The position numbers were made by a program, and so were the translations under genes. The notes beneath the pieces are model-generated. The model worked only from the letters and a program-made list of their open reading frames with translations. It was not told where the DNA came from and ran no database searches. 64,000 bases of DNA from Sedimentisphaerales bacterium. GTDB lineage: Bacteria > Planctomycetota > Phycisphaerae > Sedimentisphaerales > UBA12454. Positions 1 through 9,888 of this stretch are shown one piece after another. The stretch spans positions 9,929-73,928 of the forward strand of contig JAFGGI010000019.1 in NCBI GenBank assembly GCA_016930635.1. The letters run 5' to 3'. Positions within the stretch are counted from its first letter, which is position 1, and every line of letters starts with the position of its first letter.

Positions 1-1098
1 GTAACCAACCCCGGAAGCAGAAGTTATTTCCAGCCGCCTTTTTATCCGGCTGAAACCATAGCTTTAAGAGCGGTATTAAAAAAGGAAATCCAGAACAGGC
101 TTATGCACGACCGCTGGCCTGAATGGCTCGACGTTCCTGATGAATTGAAATATCAGGAGAAAAAACAACAACTTCTGGAACAATATGAAAATTTTCTCGA
201 CCCCCAAAAACACTGGTTCAAACCTGCCTTTCTTCATAAGGCATTGTTAAATACAAAAGTCAGAACAAATCGTATACCAATAGCACTTTATTACAAAGCG
301 ATGTTAAGCGAACTTTCACCCGAACTTAATATGCTCGTTGATAAGGAAATTTTACACTTCTACAATGACTATCCACATAAGGAAAACCTGCCCATATGGC
401 ATAGACTTTTCTCTAAGTACCCTAATAGCACAGAATCCATAGAAGCCCGCTGGCGAAGAGCTTTCCATCTTGCAGGAATGGAACAATTCTCTTTTGCAAA
501 TCAACTTATAGATGAAGCATTGAAAATGGCTGAAAGAGAGTCAATTAAGATGATTGCGATATCAACAGATGAGCCGGAAAAAATATTTCGAAAACCACAA
601 ACCACTGTCATTACAGAATTCGAACTGAAAAAAATACAAAGAAAACTCGAATACCTGCAGCATTTAATCAGCAGTGAAAATCTCGGTAATGACGATAAAA
701 CCCCACAGTTGCTGGCACAGTTTATTCTGCTAAATCCTCATGATCCGATTTTCGAGATACATCTCGAAAATCTCTTGCAGCAGGCAGGAGAAAAAAGTCC
801 TCTCATTGACAATATATTACTTGCACAAACTATGCTTACTCCGGACGCCGTTCTGAGAGAACAGCGTCTCGGTCAGCTCGCAGATAAATACCCGGGTACT
901 GACGGCGGAATACAGGCAAAATTTGAACAGGCCTGCCTGAAACTATCCATCTGGAAAGAACACGACTTAAGTGAGACAGAAAAACAGGCTTATCTGGTCC
1001 AAGCAAGGGAAGATCTTGAAAATTTTCTCAAAAACCATCCTGACAGTATTTATGCAGATCAAGCCAGCGAGAAACTTTCCGCCCTGCCAAGCCAATAA
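1..1098 (+). CDS. hypothetical protein, 5' end probably outside window
   Basis: ORF track 103..1098. Frame 1 has no stop from nt 1, so the CDS likely continues upstream. Helical, repeat-like composition with no catalytic motif recognised. Confidence 0.5.
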   Translation, partial: VTNPGSRSYFQPPFYPAETIALRAVLKKEIQNRLMHDRWPEWLDVPDELKYQEKKQQLLEQYENFLDPQKHWFKPAFLHKALLNTKVRTNRIPIALYYKAMLSELSPELNMLVDKEILHFYNDYPHKENLPIWHRLFSKYPNSTESIEARWRRAFHLAGMEQFSFANQLIDEALKMAERESIKMIAISTDEPEKIFRKPQTTVITEFELKKIQRKLEYLQHLISSENLGNDDKTPQLLAQFILLNPHDPIFEIHLENLLQQAGEKSPLIDNILLAQTMLTPDAVLREQRLGQLADKYPGTDGGIQAKFEQACLKLSIWKEHDLSETEKQAYLVQAREDLENFLKNHPDSIYADQASEKLSALPSQ

Positions 1099-1135
1099 TC
1101 CACTATTATTTACAAATTGACCTATTTTGCCCAGT

Positions 1136-1164
1136 TTGACTTTCCTGCGGTATTGTAGTATAAT
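1136..1164 (+). promoter_or_regulatory. sigma-70-type promoter TTGACT-17 nt-TATAAT
   Basis: TTGACT at 1136-1141, 17-nt spacer, TATAAT at 1159-1164. The -10 ends 6 nt before the ATG at 1171 and no SD is visible. Confidence 0.5.
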
Positions 1165-1170
1165 AGACCC

Positions 1171-2220
1171 ATGATGCAAAGCAGGATAAATATAGACAGT
1201 AACGATAAAAATGGGAAAATACTGTTAATAGGCCGGGCTGAAACAACCGCTGTTGACACTTCTAATTGTCCATCGATACAGTTCCAGAGATGTCTCAATA
1301 TACCTGATGCTATTGTTGCTGCATCAACAAATGATTTCTGTATTATTGCAATGGTAGCAGAGGATTTTGGTGAAAGCACCATCCTGTCGCTTAGAACTAT
1401 CAGAAAAGTAACCCCAAATTCAAAAATTTTTCTGCTTACACAAATGTGGCAGGAGCCGAAGGTGGTCGAGTTTGTCCGTTCATCAAGCAACGGAACAAAA
1501 CTCGCCGACGACTACTACATTCTGCCCGTAAGTTTCACACTTCTTACAACTGACAGTGAACAGTCCACAAATAAGCAGTCTGAAGCCGAATTGCTGACTC
1601 AACAAAGAAAGCGTATTGAGATACTTGAAAAGCTTGTTATGGAAGATGAGTTGACTGGTGTTAAAAACAGAAGATTTGTCAGAGAGTTCTTACGGCAGAT
1701 TACCAATCAGGCTCAGAAAGAATCTCTGCATGTCACACTGCTTGTCTTTGACATAGATAACTTCAAACAATATAACGACCTTTATGGACATCCTGTAGGA
1801 GATAACATCTTGAAGCAGGCTGCGGTCCTGATGCAAAAAAGCTGCAGAAAGCAGGATGTCGTAGGCAGAATAGGCGGAGATGAATTTGCCGTTGTATTCT
1901 GGAATTTGCCCACCGACAAGTCTGTCTCTCTTGATGATAAATCCAGAGAAGAAAGAAGACGTCTTGAAAGTGAACATCCTACACAGGTAATAAACATTTG
2001 CGAAAGATTCAGGAGTGAGCTCAAAAAAACGGATCTTCCCGCACTCGGTGCAGAAGGCAAGGGCACCTTGACTATAAGCGGCGGCCTGGCAACATTTCCA
2101 CGTGACGGCTCAACCGTAGATGAGCTTTTCAATCAGGCTGACCAGGCATTACTGGAAGCAAAACGCAGCGGCAAAAACCGCGTCTATCTCGTTGGGGAAG
2201 AAAAGCAAGAGGCAAAATAA
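1171..2220 (+). CDS. diguanylate cyclase (GGDEF domain) with N-terminal receiver-like region
   Basis: Typical GGDEF-domain sequence: LTGVKNRR...LLVFDIDNFKQYNDLYGHPVGD...GRIGGDEFAVVF. Confidence 0.85.
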   Translation: MMQSRINIDSNDKNGKILLIGRAETTAVDTSNCPSIQFQRCLNIPDAIVAASTNDFCIIAMVAEDFGESTILSLRTIRKVTPNSKIFLLTQMWQEPKVVEFVRSSSNGTKLADDYYILPVSFTLLTTDSEQSTNKQSEAELLTQQRKRIEILEKLVMEDELTGVKNRRFVREFLRQITNQAQKESLHVTLLVFDIDNFKQYNDLYGHPVGDNILKQAAVLMQKSCRKQDVVGRIGGDEFAVVFWNLPTDKSVSLDDKSREERRRLESEHPTQVINICERFRSELKKTDLPALGAEGKGTLTISGGLATFPRDGSTVDELFNQADQALLEAKRSGKNRVYLVGEEKQEAK

Positions 2221-2240
2221 GATTCTTCAATCTGCTTTTC

Positions 2241-3443
2241 TCACGGCCTTATAACTTCCGACGGACCAGCAAGTTTATATTTTACGCCCCGCCAATTTAT
2301 CGTTCTGCCAAAAGCAGAGGAAGCAATACAGAAAAACATAAGCCATGACCAGAATGGACTGCCTATAATATCTACCCTGGAGGCAGCTTTCATTTTCTCT
2401 GTCTCTGCAGGCAGAAGCTTTGGTATCATTTTCTGACGTAAAAATGCCCTTGTTAACTGGCCTGTAAAGAAAACTATCGGCACTATTACAAAGGCATCCC
2501 AATTTTCTACGCCCTTATACCAAAAGAAAAATGTCAATATACCGAATCCCCACAATCCTAAAATGGAAAATATACTGCTCAGGAAACCAAACCACCATGT
2601 TCCCGGAACAGTAACTTTTGTAATAATATACTGCCGTCTGGCAAATTCAAAAAGGCCGGGCCAGGTGGTTTCTTCAAAAGAAGCGACAAAACAGCCTGGA
2701 GCGAGAGCAACACGCTTTTTGACCCTTTTTACTTCTCTGGTAATCGTAAGGTCATCACTTGCTGCCTTTTGCCATATCTTATCAATCCCAAGCTCTCTAA
2801 AAAGAGAAACACGTATCGCCATTGAGCCTCCCCAGGCACAATTAAACATTGTCGGGCCAAGCATCTCGGCAACTTTGGCATTTAATGCAGACAGTGCCAG
2901 CGTTGCGAGATTATTCTTCAACGGCACATACAAACGATAGCCGGTTGATACGCCATATTTTTCCTTACGCAGCGGATAAACAAGACTGCTCAACCAGTTT
3001 TCATGAACACAAATATCGGAATCAGCAAATGCAAAAACTTCAACATCATCATCCGCACTGTTACATGCACAAAGAAGATTATGCAGTTTTTGACTTCCCT
3101 GACCGGCCAGGCCGGCTACAACAACCCTTATCTTAAATGCCTTTGAACTGCTCTGGAGCTGTCCTTTAAGCTCAAGCAAATGATTATAAGCAGGGTCATG
3201 GTCGCTTTCGGTCACGAATATTATCTCGAAATCGCTGTAATCAAGCTGATAAAACGAACGAATATTCCTGTCGAAGGCAGTGTCAAGCCCCTTGCAGGGC
3301 ACTATCAATGCGACTTTAGGAAGGAAGGTAACGTGCTTTTCAGCAAATTTCCTCAAAACATATCTATAGTGGCGGAAGATTTGAACAATAAATAAAATCT
3401 GCAGCGTGATAAAGATTATCGCTATCGTAGATAAAAAGATCAT
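2241..3443 (-). CDS. family 2/21 glycosyltransferase, membrane-bound (ceramide glucosyltransferase/HpnI-like)
   Basis: N-terminal TM segment, VALIVPCKG..., FADSD motif and C-terminal TM segments. Precise subfamily not resolved. Confidence 0.6.
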   Translation of the reverse strand: MIFLSTIAIIFITLQILFIVQIFRHYRYVLRKFAEKHVTFLPKVALIVPCKGLDTAFDRNIRSFYQLDYSDFEIIFVTESDHDPAYNHLLELKGQLQSSSKAFKIRVVVAGLAGQGSQKLHNLLCACNSADDDVEVFAFADSDICVHENWLSSLVYPLRKEKYGVSTGYRLYVPLKNNLATLALSALNAKVAEMLGPTMFNCAWGGSMAIRVSLFRELGIDKIWQKAASDDLTITREVKRVKKRVALAPGCFVASFEETTWPGLFEFARRQYIITKVTVPGTWWFGFLSSIFSILGLWGFGILTFFFWYKGVENWDAFVIVPIVFFTGQLTRAFLRQKMIPKLLPAETEKMKAASRVDIIGSPFWSWLMFFCIASSAFGRTINWRGVKYKLAGPSEVIRP

Positions 3444-3452
3444 ATCAGACTT

Positions 3453-4301
3453 TCAGTAAATACCCGCGATAGGCACAAGAGAGTCGACTAATTTTTGTAT
3501 GGTATATTGACAAGTAAGATCTATATGCATCAGATGGCCATGATTATGCTGTGAATCTATAATAATAAGGTTTTTATTATTGCTCATCCAGCCGGTTTCC
3601 TGTACCTGATGGCCAAGCACGAAAAAATCAATATCAAGTTTATCAGCCATAAAATCAAGAGTTTCCTGGCTATGTCCTCTGCCCCAGGTCAGCAGATAAG
3701 CTGAATTAGGTCTTACAATATCATTTATTTTCAATTTTCTGACAAAGATTGAAAAGTCAAATTTTTCAAGCATTCTGTTTGCAGGCAGTGAATGCGATAT
3801 CCATATTCGGTTAGCGGTTTTAACTGCTAAAGGTTGTGAAAAAAGAAATTTTTCGATCGCACTTTCCACATCAAACACCCGGTCACCAAAACGCCTTTGC
3901 ATTGCAGCCCGCATCGCTGCGTTCATTTCCTTACCGCCCTTCATAACTTCGTTGTTGTTTATAAAGGCAGTATCATGATTTGCGAGAATAAAATGCACCC
4001 TGTCCGGATAATATATTTTCAGTTTGACAGCATCAGCCAGCACTTCAAATGACAGACAGCCGCCCTGTTCATCTTCAAGTCCGCCATGTATTATCTCCTG
4101 AAGTATCAGATGCCTGTCAGGATTTTTATCTAATGCGGCATAATTTACTACTCGCTCAAAATTGCGACGATGGCCGTGGATATCGCCGGCAATAACCATA
4201 TCACCCTTATCCGGCCCCACTATCAAATTATGTCGTCTGCAGCTGTCCTTATGGTTAGCTTCCATACCAATCTGCAGTAAATCTATAAAATTCTGCGTCA
4301 T
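3453..4301 (-). CDS. metallophosphoesterase, PPP-like Ser/Thr phosphatase
   Basis: GDIHGH and LANHD metallophosphoesterase motifs. 4-nt overlap with the upstream kinase gene. Confidence 0.7.
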   Translation of the reverse strand: MTQNFIDLLQIGMEANHKDSCRRHNLIVGPDKGDMVIAGDIHGHRRNFERVVNYAALDKNPDRHLILQEIIHGGLEDEQGGCLSFEVLADAVKLKIYYPDRVHFILANHDTAFINNNEVMKGGKEMNAAMRAAMQRRFGDRVFDVESAIEKFLFSQPLAVKTANRIWISHSLPANRMLEKFDFSIFVRKLKINDIVRPNSAYLLTWGRGHSQETLDFMADKLDIDFFVLGHQVQETGWMSNNKNLIIIDSQHNHGHLMHIDLTCQYTIQKLVDSLVPIAGIY

Positions 4302-5140
4302 TCCTGCCCGCCTAATTTCTTGGCAAAAATATTATGGATTAAAAGATCAAGCCTTGAAATCACCTGCGCCATTGAACTTGGACGCTGTTCCGGCTCCTCT
4401 TTAACACAGTCCATCACAATTTTCGAAACTCCAAGAGGAATTCTGCGATAGAGCTGGTGTGGTGCAGGAAAATCCCGCTGGCCAAGCATCGCAGATAAGT
4501 CATTTGTCTGCGGTATAAGCGTCGGCACATTCTTACCCGTCATCGCCCAGTACATAGTTGCCCCAAGATTAAATATGTCAGTCCTCCCGTCAAGGTGCAT
4601 CCTTTTAACCTGCTCCGGCGCGATATAATCAGGAGTGCCCTGTATCCTCGGCTTGATTGTACCGATTTTACAGCCCTGACCAAGGTCAATTATCTTAATA
4701 GCACCGGATTCGCTTATCAGTATATTGTTCGGTTTGATATCACAGTGAATATATCCCTGCTGATGCATGGCATTAAGGCCCGTAGCAACCATACGAAATA
4801 CCAACAGAACATCACCTAAACTCAGATTCCTGGATTTTTCGAGAGATTCACCTTCAAACATCTCCATGGTAAGTAACAATTCTTTAACCTGGAGCATTTT
4901 GCGGATCTTAATCAGTTTGCCGCATTTACGAAGGTATGGATGCTGAACTACCTTTGAAACCTTGTATTCATTCGTTATCTGCTCAAAAATTCTGGTATCT
5001 TCGGGCTTTTCATAAATTGCGCGTTTAAGCGCAATTGTATTGCCGGTTTCTTCATCCAGCGCAAGATAAATTATGCTTCGGGCACCAGTGCCAAGCTTCC
5101 TGATTATCGTAAAACCATCTAATTCGAGTCTGTCGGCCAT
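4298..5140 (-). CDS. serine/threonine protein kinase (kinase domain only)
   Basis: Hanks-type kinase motifs: GTGARSIIY...ALK, HCDIKPNNILI, DLG, GTPDYIAPE. Confidence 0.9.
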   Translation of the reverse strand: MADRLELDGFTIIRKLGTGARSIIYLALDEETGNTIALKRAIYEKPEDTRIFEQITNEYKVSKVVQHPYLRKCGKLIKIRKMLQVKELLLTMEMFEGESLEKSRNLSLGDVLLVFRMVATGLNAMHQQGYIHCDIKPNNILISESGAIKIIDLGQGCKIGTIKPRIQGTPDYIAPEQVKRMHLDGRTDIFNLGATMYWAMTGKNVPTLIPQTNDLSAMLGQRDFPAPHQLYRRIPLGVSKIVMDCVKEEPEQRPSSMAQVISRLDLLIHNIFAKKLGGQE

Positions 5141-5351
5141 TATTGATATTATAGCAATTTAAACATATTTGAAAATAAACTTCACCACCCCTGAAATATC
5201 CCTATAAAAGACATCTCAAGTTCAGAAAGTCGGGTATAATACCCTAAATTTACCTATTTGTCCAGTCTTTCTCGTTTTTTTACCGATATAAATACAGTTA
5301 TACTTGACATATCGGCTAAAATCTGGAGAATTCTTGCTGCTTTTTGGTTAT

Positions 5352-5424
5352 TCCCCGATAGCTCAATTGGTAGAGCGAGCGGCTGTTAACCGCTAGGTCG
5401 TAGGTTCGAACCCTACTCGGGGAG
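5352..5424 (+). tRNA. tRNA-Asn (GTT)
   Basis: Manual cloverleaf: acceptor TCCCCGA/TCGGGGA, D arm GCTC/GAGC, anticodon arm AGCGG-CTGTTAA-CCGCT, T arm GTAGG-TTCGAAC-CCTAC, discriminator G. 73 nt. Confidence 0.95.
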
Positions 5425-5642
5425 CTTTATATTGGGTCGCTAAACTAAGCGACCCAACTGTTAACAACAAAGGCCGCCGGCGAAAACCTGTGGCCTTTTT
5501 CTTTTAAGTCCTTTTCTATAAAGACTTAGTGGCAATTCCCATGTTGCTGCCAAATCTCACCTGTTCGAAACCGAGAGTCAAGCAGCCCGATCTGAACTCG
5601 TGGTTTCCGGATCGCACCCCGATTCTAACGCGAAAACTCTCT
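5422..5642 (+). repeat. direct repeat copy A (tRNA-Asn 3' flank)
   Basis: Aligns with 16237-16458. By manual alignment the first 56 nt are identical, with ~24 substitutions and one 1-nt indel over 221 nt. Confidence 0.9.
5468..5505 (+). terminator. rho-independent terminator after tRNA-Asn
   Basis: Hairpin AAAGGCCGCCGG...CCTGTGGCCTTT followed by a T-run. Preserved in repeat copy B. Confidence 0.7.
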
Positions 5643-5921
5643 ATCTCTCTATTTGAGGCATCCCCGAATGGTTAACAGGAAAGTTAGATATGAGCCGCAT
5701 GAGAGACTTTGCGAAATGGGGCTTTTTCAGAGAGTGCTAAAACTCTCTCTGTCTCTGCGATCTTTCATCATAAGATGGGCTAAACGGCTTTGTTCTTTCC
5801 TGAACAAGGCCTATTTTTGTCTTTTCATGGAGAGAAACAGAGAAACTTGGCGGGTTTGTGTTTTCTAAAAAATCGCGTATAATTGTGGCTTTCATTTAAC
5901 CAAATAAATTCGTGATATATT

Positions 5922-7259
5922 ATGAAAAAAGAATTCCAGAAAAGCCAGTTTTTCGCCATTTATACTCGCCAGTCGAGAGAGTCCGGGCTGGATATGAATT
6001 CCTGTCAGGCCCAGTATGATATCTGCCTGAACCACGCCAAAAAACACCGCCCTTATATCTACTGGGTTGCTGAGCGTTTTGATGATGAAGGCTTTTCCGG
6101 GGCAACTCTGGATCGGCCTGCCCTGAATCGTCTTCGAGAGAAGATCAAAGAAAGGCGATTTACCCATGTCTTCATAACTTATCTTGACCGGCTCAGCCGT
6201 AGCCTGACAGATACTGCTATGCTGCTTGAGGAATTCCAAAAAGCTGGAATAAAACTGCATGTTGTCAAAATGCCCCAATTCAATACAGAAGTTCAGGGCA
6301 ATTTCTTGAGCAGCCTTCTGGCATCTTTTGCGGAATTTGAAAGGGATCTGATTAAGGAGCGAATAGCCTCTTCAAGAGAGCACCTAAAAGCCTATGGCCG
6401 CAGATTGGCAGGTCGTATTCCGTTTGGCTATGATACTGATCCTGCCACGAAGCAATTGATCGTTAATAAGGAGGAATCCGCTCAGGTGCAAAAGATATTT
6501 GCAATGGCCTGCGAGGGCAAAACTCCTTCTGGAATTACAGCTATTATCAATAAAAGAGGCTGGCGAACCAAAAGGCATATAGCCAAAAGCAGCGGCAAAG
6601 CAAGCGGTAATAATCACTGGCTGCCCCGGCAGATTGGAGCCATACTGAGAAATCCTGTCTATGTTGGTAAATTCAAAGACGGAAACTCTGCTCGTCACGG
6701 TGGACATGAAGCTATCATTGAGCCGGATCAGTTTGAAAAAGTTCAGCAGATAATTGACAGCCGTCGAACAAAAGATGTTTATGGGAAGCGATCAAAACGC
6801 AAGCATGACGAATTCCTTTTACGAGGCAAGATTATCTGCCCTAAGTGCGGGCGAAAGCTAACGACCGATACCGCCAACAAGAAACAAACCAATCGGAAAG
6901 GTGGCATCACTTACCGCTATTATCGCTGCCGTTCTACTGCTGGCGGCAAACCTCCCTGTAAAGATGTGCGGTATTCCGCCTATGAACTGGAACGGCTTGT
7001 CTGTGATGCTATGGGAGATGCAAAGTTCTGGCAGAAGATCAAGAAAGTCATGCCCAATGAAGCGGATACACTGAATAGGATGTTTACGATTTGGTCTTTG
7101 CTGGATGAATCTGTTCGGCAGGAGTTTATCCCCGACATCATCGAAGAAATCAGGTTGACCGAAAAAGACCAGATCCAAATCAGCTGCTACTCTGACCTAT
7201 TGAGTAGGTTCCCAATTTACAAGGGTATGCCGAAAACAGATTCGCTAAACAGTATATAA
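5922..7259 (+). CDS. large serine recombinase (resolvase/invertase N-domain + recombinase domain + zinc ribbon)
   Basis: N-terminal FAIYTRQSRE (catalytic Ser context), DRLSRS and FAEFERDLIKERI motifs. Later CPKCG...YYRCRS zinc ribbon. 445 aa. Confidence 0.9.
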   Translation: MKKEFQKSQFFAIYTRQSRESGLDMNSCQAQYDICLNHAKKHRPYIYWVAERFDDEGFSGATLDRPALNRLREKIKERRFTHVFITYLDRLSRSLTDTAMLLEEFQKAGIKLHVVKMPQFNTEVQGNFLSSLLASFAEFERDLIKERIASSREHLKAYGRRLAGRIPFGYDTDPATKQLIVNKEESAQVQKIFAMACEGKTPSGITAIINKRGWRTKRHIAKSSGKASGNNHWLPRQIGAILRNPVYVGKFKDGNSARHGGHEAIIEPDQFEKVQQIIDSRRTKDVYGKRSKRKHDEFLLRGKIICPKCGRKLTTDTANKKQTNRKGGITYRYYRCRSTAGGKPPCKDVRYSAYELERLVCDAMGDAKFWQKIKKVMPNEADTLNRMFTIWSLLDESVRQEFIPDIIEEIRLTEKDQIQISCYSDLLSRFPIYKGMPKTDSLNSI

Positions 7260-7368
7260 TGTGTGGATAATATTCCTGAAAACTGTGCTTGAGATTTGAT
7301 TATAGTCATGATATTGTTTTTATCATTAAATGTTTATTTGTTGCTAAGTCTAGTCCAGTTTGTAGGTT

Positions 7369-7551
7369 ATGAGTAAAGATAAGAATAAAAGAAAGATTGT
7401 TCATACATGTGGCGATTGCACTTTTTGGCTTACTTTGAAATCAAAGAAGCACTCAACAAAAGGTAATTGCAAAAAGTTCCTCTGTAAAAGAAGTTCTGAT
7501 AGCGGTGCCTGTTCGTCATATCACCAAGAAGGTTACCCAGAGAATTCGTAA
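7369..7551 (+). CDS. small Cys-rich hypothetical protein
   Basis: ORF only. Lys/Cys-rich with a CGDC...C..C pattern. No family recognised. Confidence 0.2.
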   Translation: MSKDKNKRKIVHTCGDCTFWLTLKSKKHSTKGNCKKFLCKRSSDSGACSSYHQEGYPENS

Positions 7552-7594
7552 AGTATTTGATTGTTTTCCAAGTTAATTCTTTTAGTTATCTTTT

Positions 7595-7717
7595 TCAAGA
7601 TTCAGTATGTTTTTGGTCAAGTCGATGTATGATACGCCGACACCATAAAACTAAAATAATCTGAAGGATCAGTGCTCCTGCTCCGACTAGAATACCAATT
7701 ATCATATCTTTGCTCAT
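7595..7717 (-). CDS. possible 40-aa single-TM peptide downstream of trkH
   Basis: My translation is MSKDMIIGILVGAGALILQIILVLWCRRIIHRLDQKHTES. The ATG lies 16 nt after the trkH stop. Below the ORF-track cutoff. Confidence 0.3.
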   Translation of the reverse strand: MSKDMIIGILVGAGALILQIILVLWCRRIIHRLDQKHTES

Positions 7718-7732
7718 AAAATCAACCTGATT

Positions 7733-9199
7733 TCATTTTGGTAGAATATCTCTGATTAGTTTTGCTGTTCCTGTTATTATTACAAAAAACTCCAGTCTCC
7801 CTAAGAGCATTCCAAAAATCTCGGCCCACAAAATAACAGGCGAGGCATGTGAGTTGGTTACCCCAACTGATAATCCCACGGTTCCTAGTGCCGATGCAAA
7901 TTCAAACAATGATTCCTTGAGACCTATGCCCGTCGAGGCGATGACAAGGCTGCCGATGATATAAGTGGCCAAATAGAGAAACACAAATGTCCCAATTTGT
8001 TTTATTCTGCCATCACTGATAAAATCTTTTTGCTCTCCCTGCCAGATGTGATTTTCTGAGACAGCGGTTCGGGGCAGAAAAAATCTTTTGATCTCCCAGA
8101 CAAATGATTTATACAGAACATATATTCTGTATTGCTTAATACCGCCTGCAGTCGAACAGGTTCCGCCACCAATTAGCATCAGCATAATCATCAGCAAAAA
8201 ACCAAATGAGTTCCAACTGCCGTAACCAACAGTTGAAAAGCCCGTTGTAGTCAATGCAGTTACAGTCTCAAAAACAGCAACACGAACGCTTTTCGACAGT
8301 GTTGGATATAAGCTTGTACAAACAAGAAAGAATAAAGCAACAGCACAGATCGGGATCAGCAGCAGCATTAAACGAACTTCGCCATTCTTGGAAGCTGCTT
8401 TAGTTTGGCCGTGAAAAAGCAGGTATGCTGTCAAAAAGTTCAAGTTACCCAATATCATCAGTGGTAAAGTTACAGCTTCAACTGAAATGGAATTCCAATG
8501 ACCTATACTGTCCACTTTAGTGGAAAATCCGCCGGTTGATATAGCAGCGAAGGTGTGATTAACCGCATCAAAGAGATCAAGACCGGCAATATAATATGCA
8601 ATTGTACCTATAATTGCATAAGCAGCATAAATCTTCATTACTAGTCTTGCCGATTGGCGTACCTGCGGCACCAGTTGTTGACTTCTGCCTTCTGCAATCC
8701 CCACAGCAGACCCAACAGGACCGACTATCGTAGCAAGCATTATTATGGCCAATCCCGCACCGCCTGCCAACTGCATGATACTTCGCCACAGCAAAATCAA
8801 ATTGCTGGACTGCTCTACATCGACCACCGATAAGCCTGTTGTCGTCCATCCGCTGACAGACTCAAATACAGCTTGTGTAAAACTGAGCTTCTGCAAGGCC
8901 ATAAAAGGCCACGCCGAAAACAGACAGACGATGAGCCAGCTTAAAACAACAATGACCGCACTCTGCTGAATATCAAGTGAGTGATCGTTTCTTTTTCTGA
9001 ACACGAACCACAGGAACACCCCCAATGCCGCCAACCCAATAGCAGGGACAGCCAAGCCCCATATCTGCTTGATTTCTTCAGGATAGAAAAAAAGGCAAAG
9101 CAGCGGCGAAAGCATCAATACACCAGACAAGATAAATATCAGTCCTGTGTAATGGAGTATATTTGAATATGATTGTATAAGTCCGTATTTTTGTTTCAC
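7733..9199 (-). CDS. trkH: TrkH/KtrB-family potassium uptake protein
   Basis: Polytopic membrane protein with four pore-loop glycine motifs (TTTGLS, STGGFS, TTTGFS, GTVGLS). Confidence 0.85.
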   Translation of the reverse strand: MKQKYGLIQSYSNILHYTGLIFILSGVLMLSPLLCLFFYPEEIKQIWGLAVPAIGLAALGVFLWFVFRKRNDHSLDIQQSAVIVVLSWLIVCLFSAWPFMALQKLSFTQAVFESVSGWTTTGLSVVDVEQSSNLILLWRSIMQLAGGAGLAIIMLATIVGPVGSAVGIAEGRSQQLVPQVRQSARLVMKIYAAYAIIGTIAYYIAGLDLFDAVNHTFAAISTGGFSTKVDSIGHWNSISVEAVTLPLMILGNLNFLTAYLLFHGQTKAASKNGEVRLMLLLIPICAVALFFLVCTSLYPTLSKSVRVAVFETVTALTTTGFSTVGYGSWNSFGFLLMIMLMLIGGGTCSTAGGIKQYRIYVLYKSFVWEIKRFFLPRTAVSENHIWQGEQKDFISDGRIKQIGTFVFLYLATYIIGSLVIASTGIGLKESLFEFASALGTVGLSVGVTNSHASPVILWAEIFGMLLGRLEFFVIITGTAKLIRDILPK

Positions 9200-9211
9200 G
9201 ATTTACTTCCC

Positions 9212-9877
9212 TTATACTTTGCTGCCGGTCAGAAATTTTAAAACCTGCCCATGGTTCTCAGGCATTGTGATTAGTACAAGTTGATCCTGTGCATGTAATT
9301 TCGTAGAGCCTCGCGGGATTATAGTACTGCCATTTCTTAAAATACAGGCGATGAGCGAATCAGCAGGAAGCTCTAATTCCATCAGTGAAGTATTAAGAAT
9401 CGGCGAATCGTCTTTTAAAATTACCTCTGTAACATTTACTTTACCTTCCGCTACTGAAAAAAGCCCTACAATATCTTCAAGGCCGGTACGCTGTTCGATA
9501 AGAGAAGATATAATATGTGTCGTTGAAAACGCAGTTGTAACACCAAGCTCATGAAATACTTCTTCGTTATCAGGGTCATTGACTAAAGCAAGTGTTCTTT
9601 CTACGCCATAATTTAACTTCGCCAGCTGGCAGATAACCAGATTGTCCTCATCATTGGGGGTAACAGCCAAAACTGCATCCATTGAAAAAGTCTTTGCGTC
9701 TTTTAGGATCTGTGGGTCTGTTGCATTGCCAAAAACTACCGTTGCCTTTGTTTGCCTTGCAAGCCAGCTGCATTCTTCTTTTTTGCGGTTGATGATGGTC
9801 ACATTATAACCTTTTGAGAAAAACACTTTGGCTAAAAAGTAAACAATCTTGCCGCCGCCTACAATTAATATATCCAT
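9212..9877 (-). CDS. trkA: TrkA/KtrA-type RCK protein (NAD-binding N domain + TrkA-C)
   Basis: MDILIVGGGKIVYFLAK Rossmann motif. The start is moved to the internal ATG at 9877, because the ORF-track extension overlaps the upstream gene. Confidence 0.8.
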   Translation of the reverse strand: MDILIVGGGKIVYFLAKVFFSKGYNVTIINRKKEECSWLARQTKATVVFGNATDPQILKDAKTFSMDAVLAVTPNDEDNLVICQLAKLNYGVERTLALVNDPDNEEVFHELGVTTAFSTTHIISSLIEQRTGLEDIVGLFSVAEGKVNVTEVILKDDSPILNTSLMELELPADSLIACILRNGSTIIPRGSTKLHAQDQLVLITMPENHGQVLKFLTGSKV

Positions 9878-9888
9878 ATTCACACCGT

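Noticed and set aside
5653-5868. 71-aa ORF just inside the left end of the island
   Set aside because: No RBS and no recognisable fold. It lies in the repeat and CT-motif region upstream of the recombinase gene. I considered an excisionase/RDF role but have nothing to support it.
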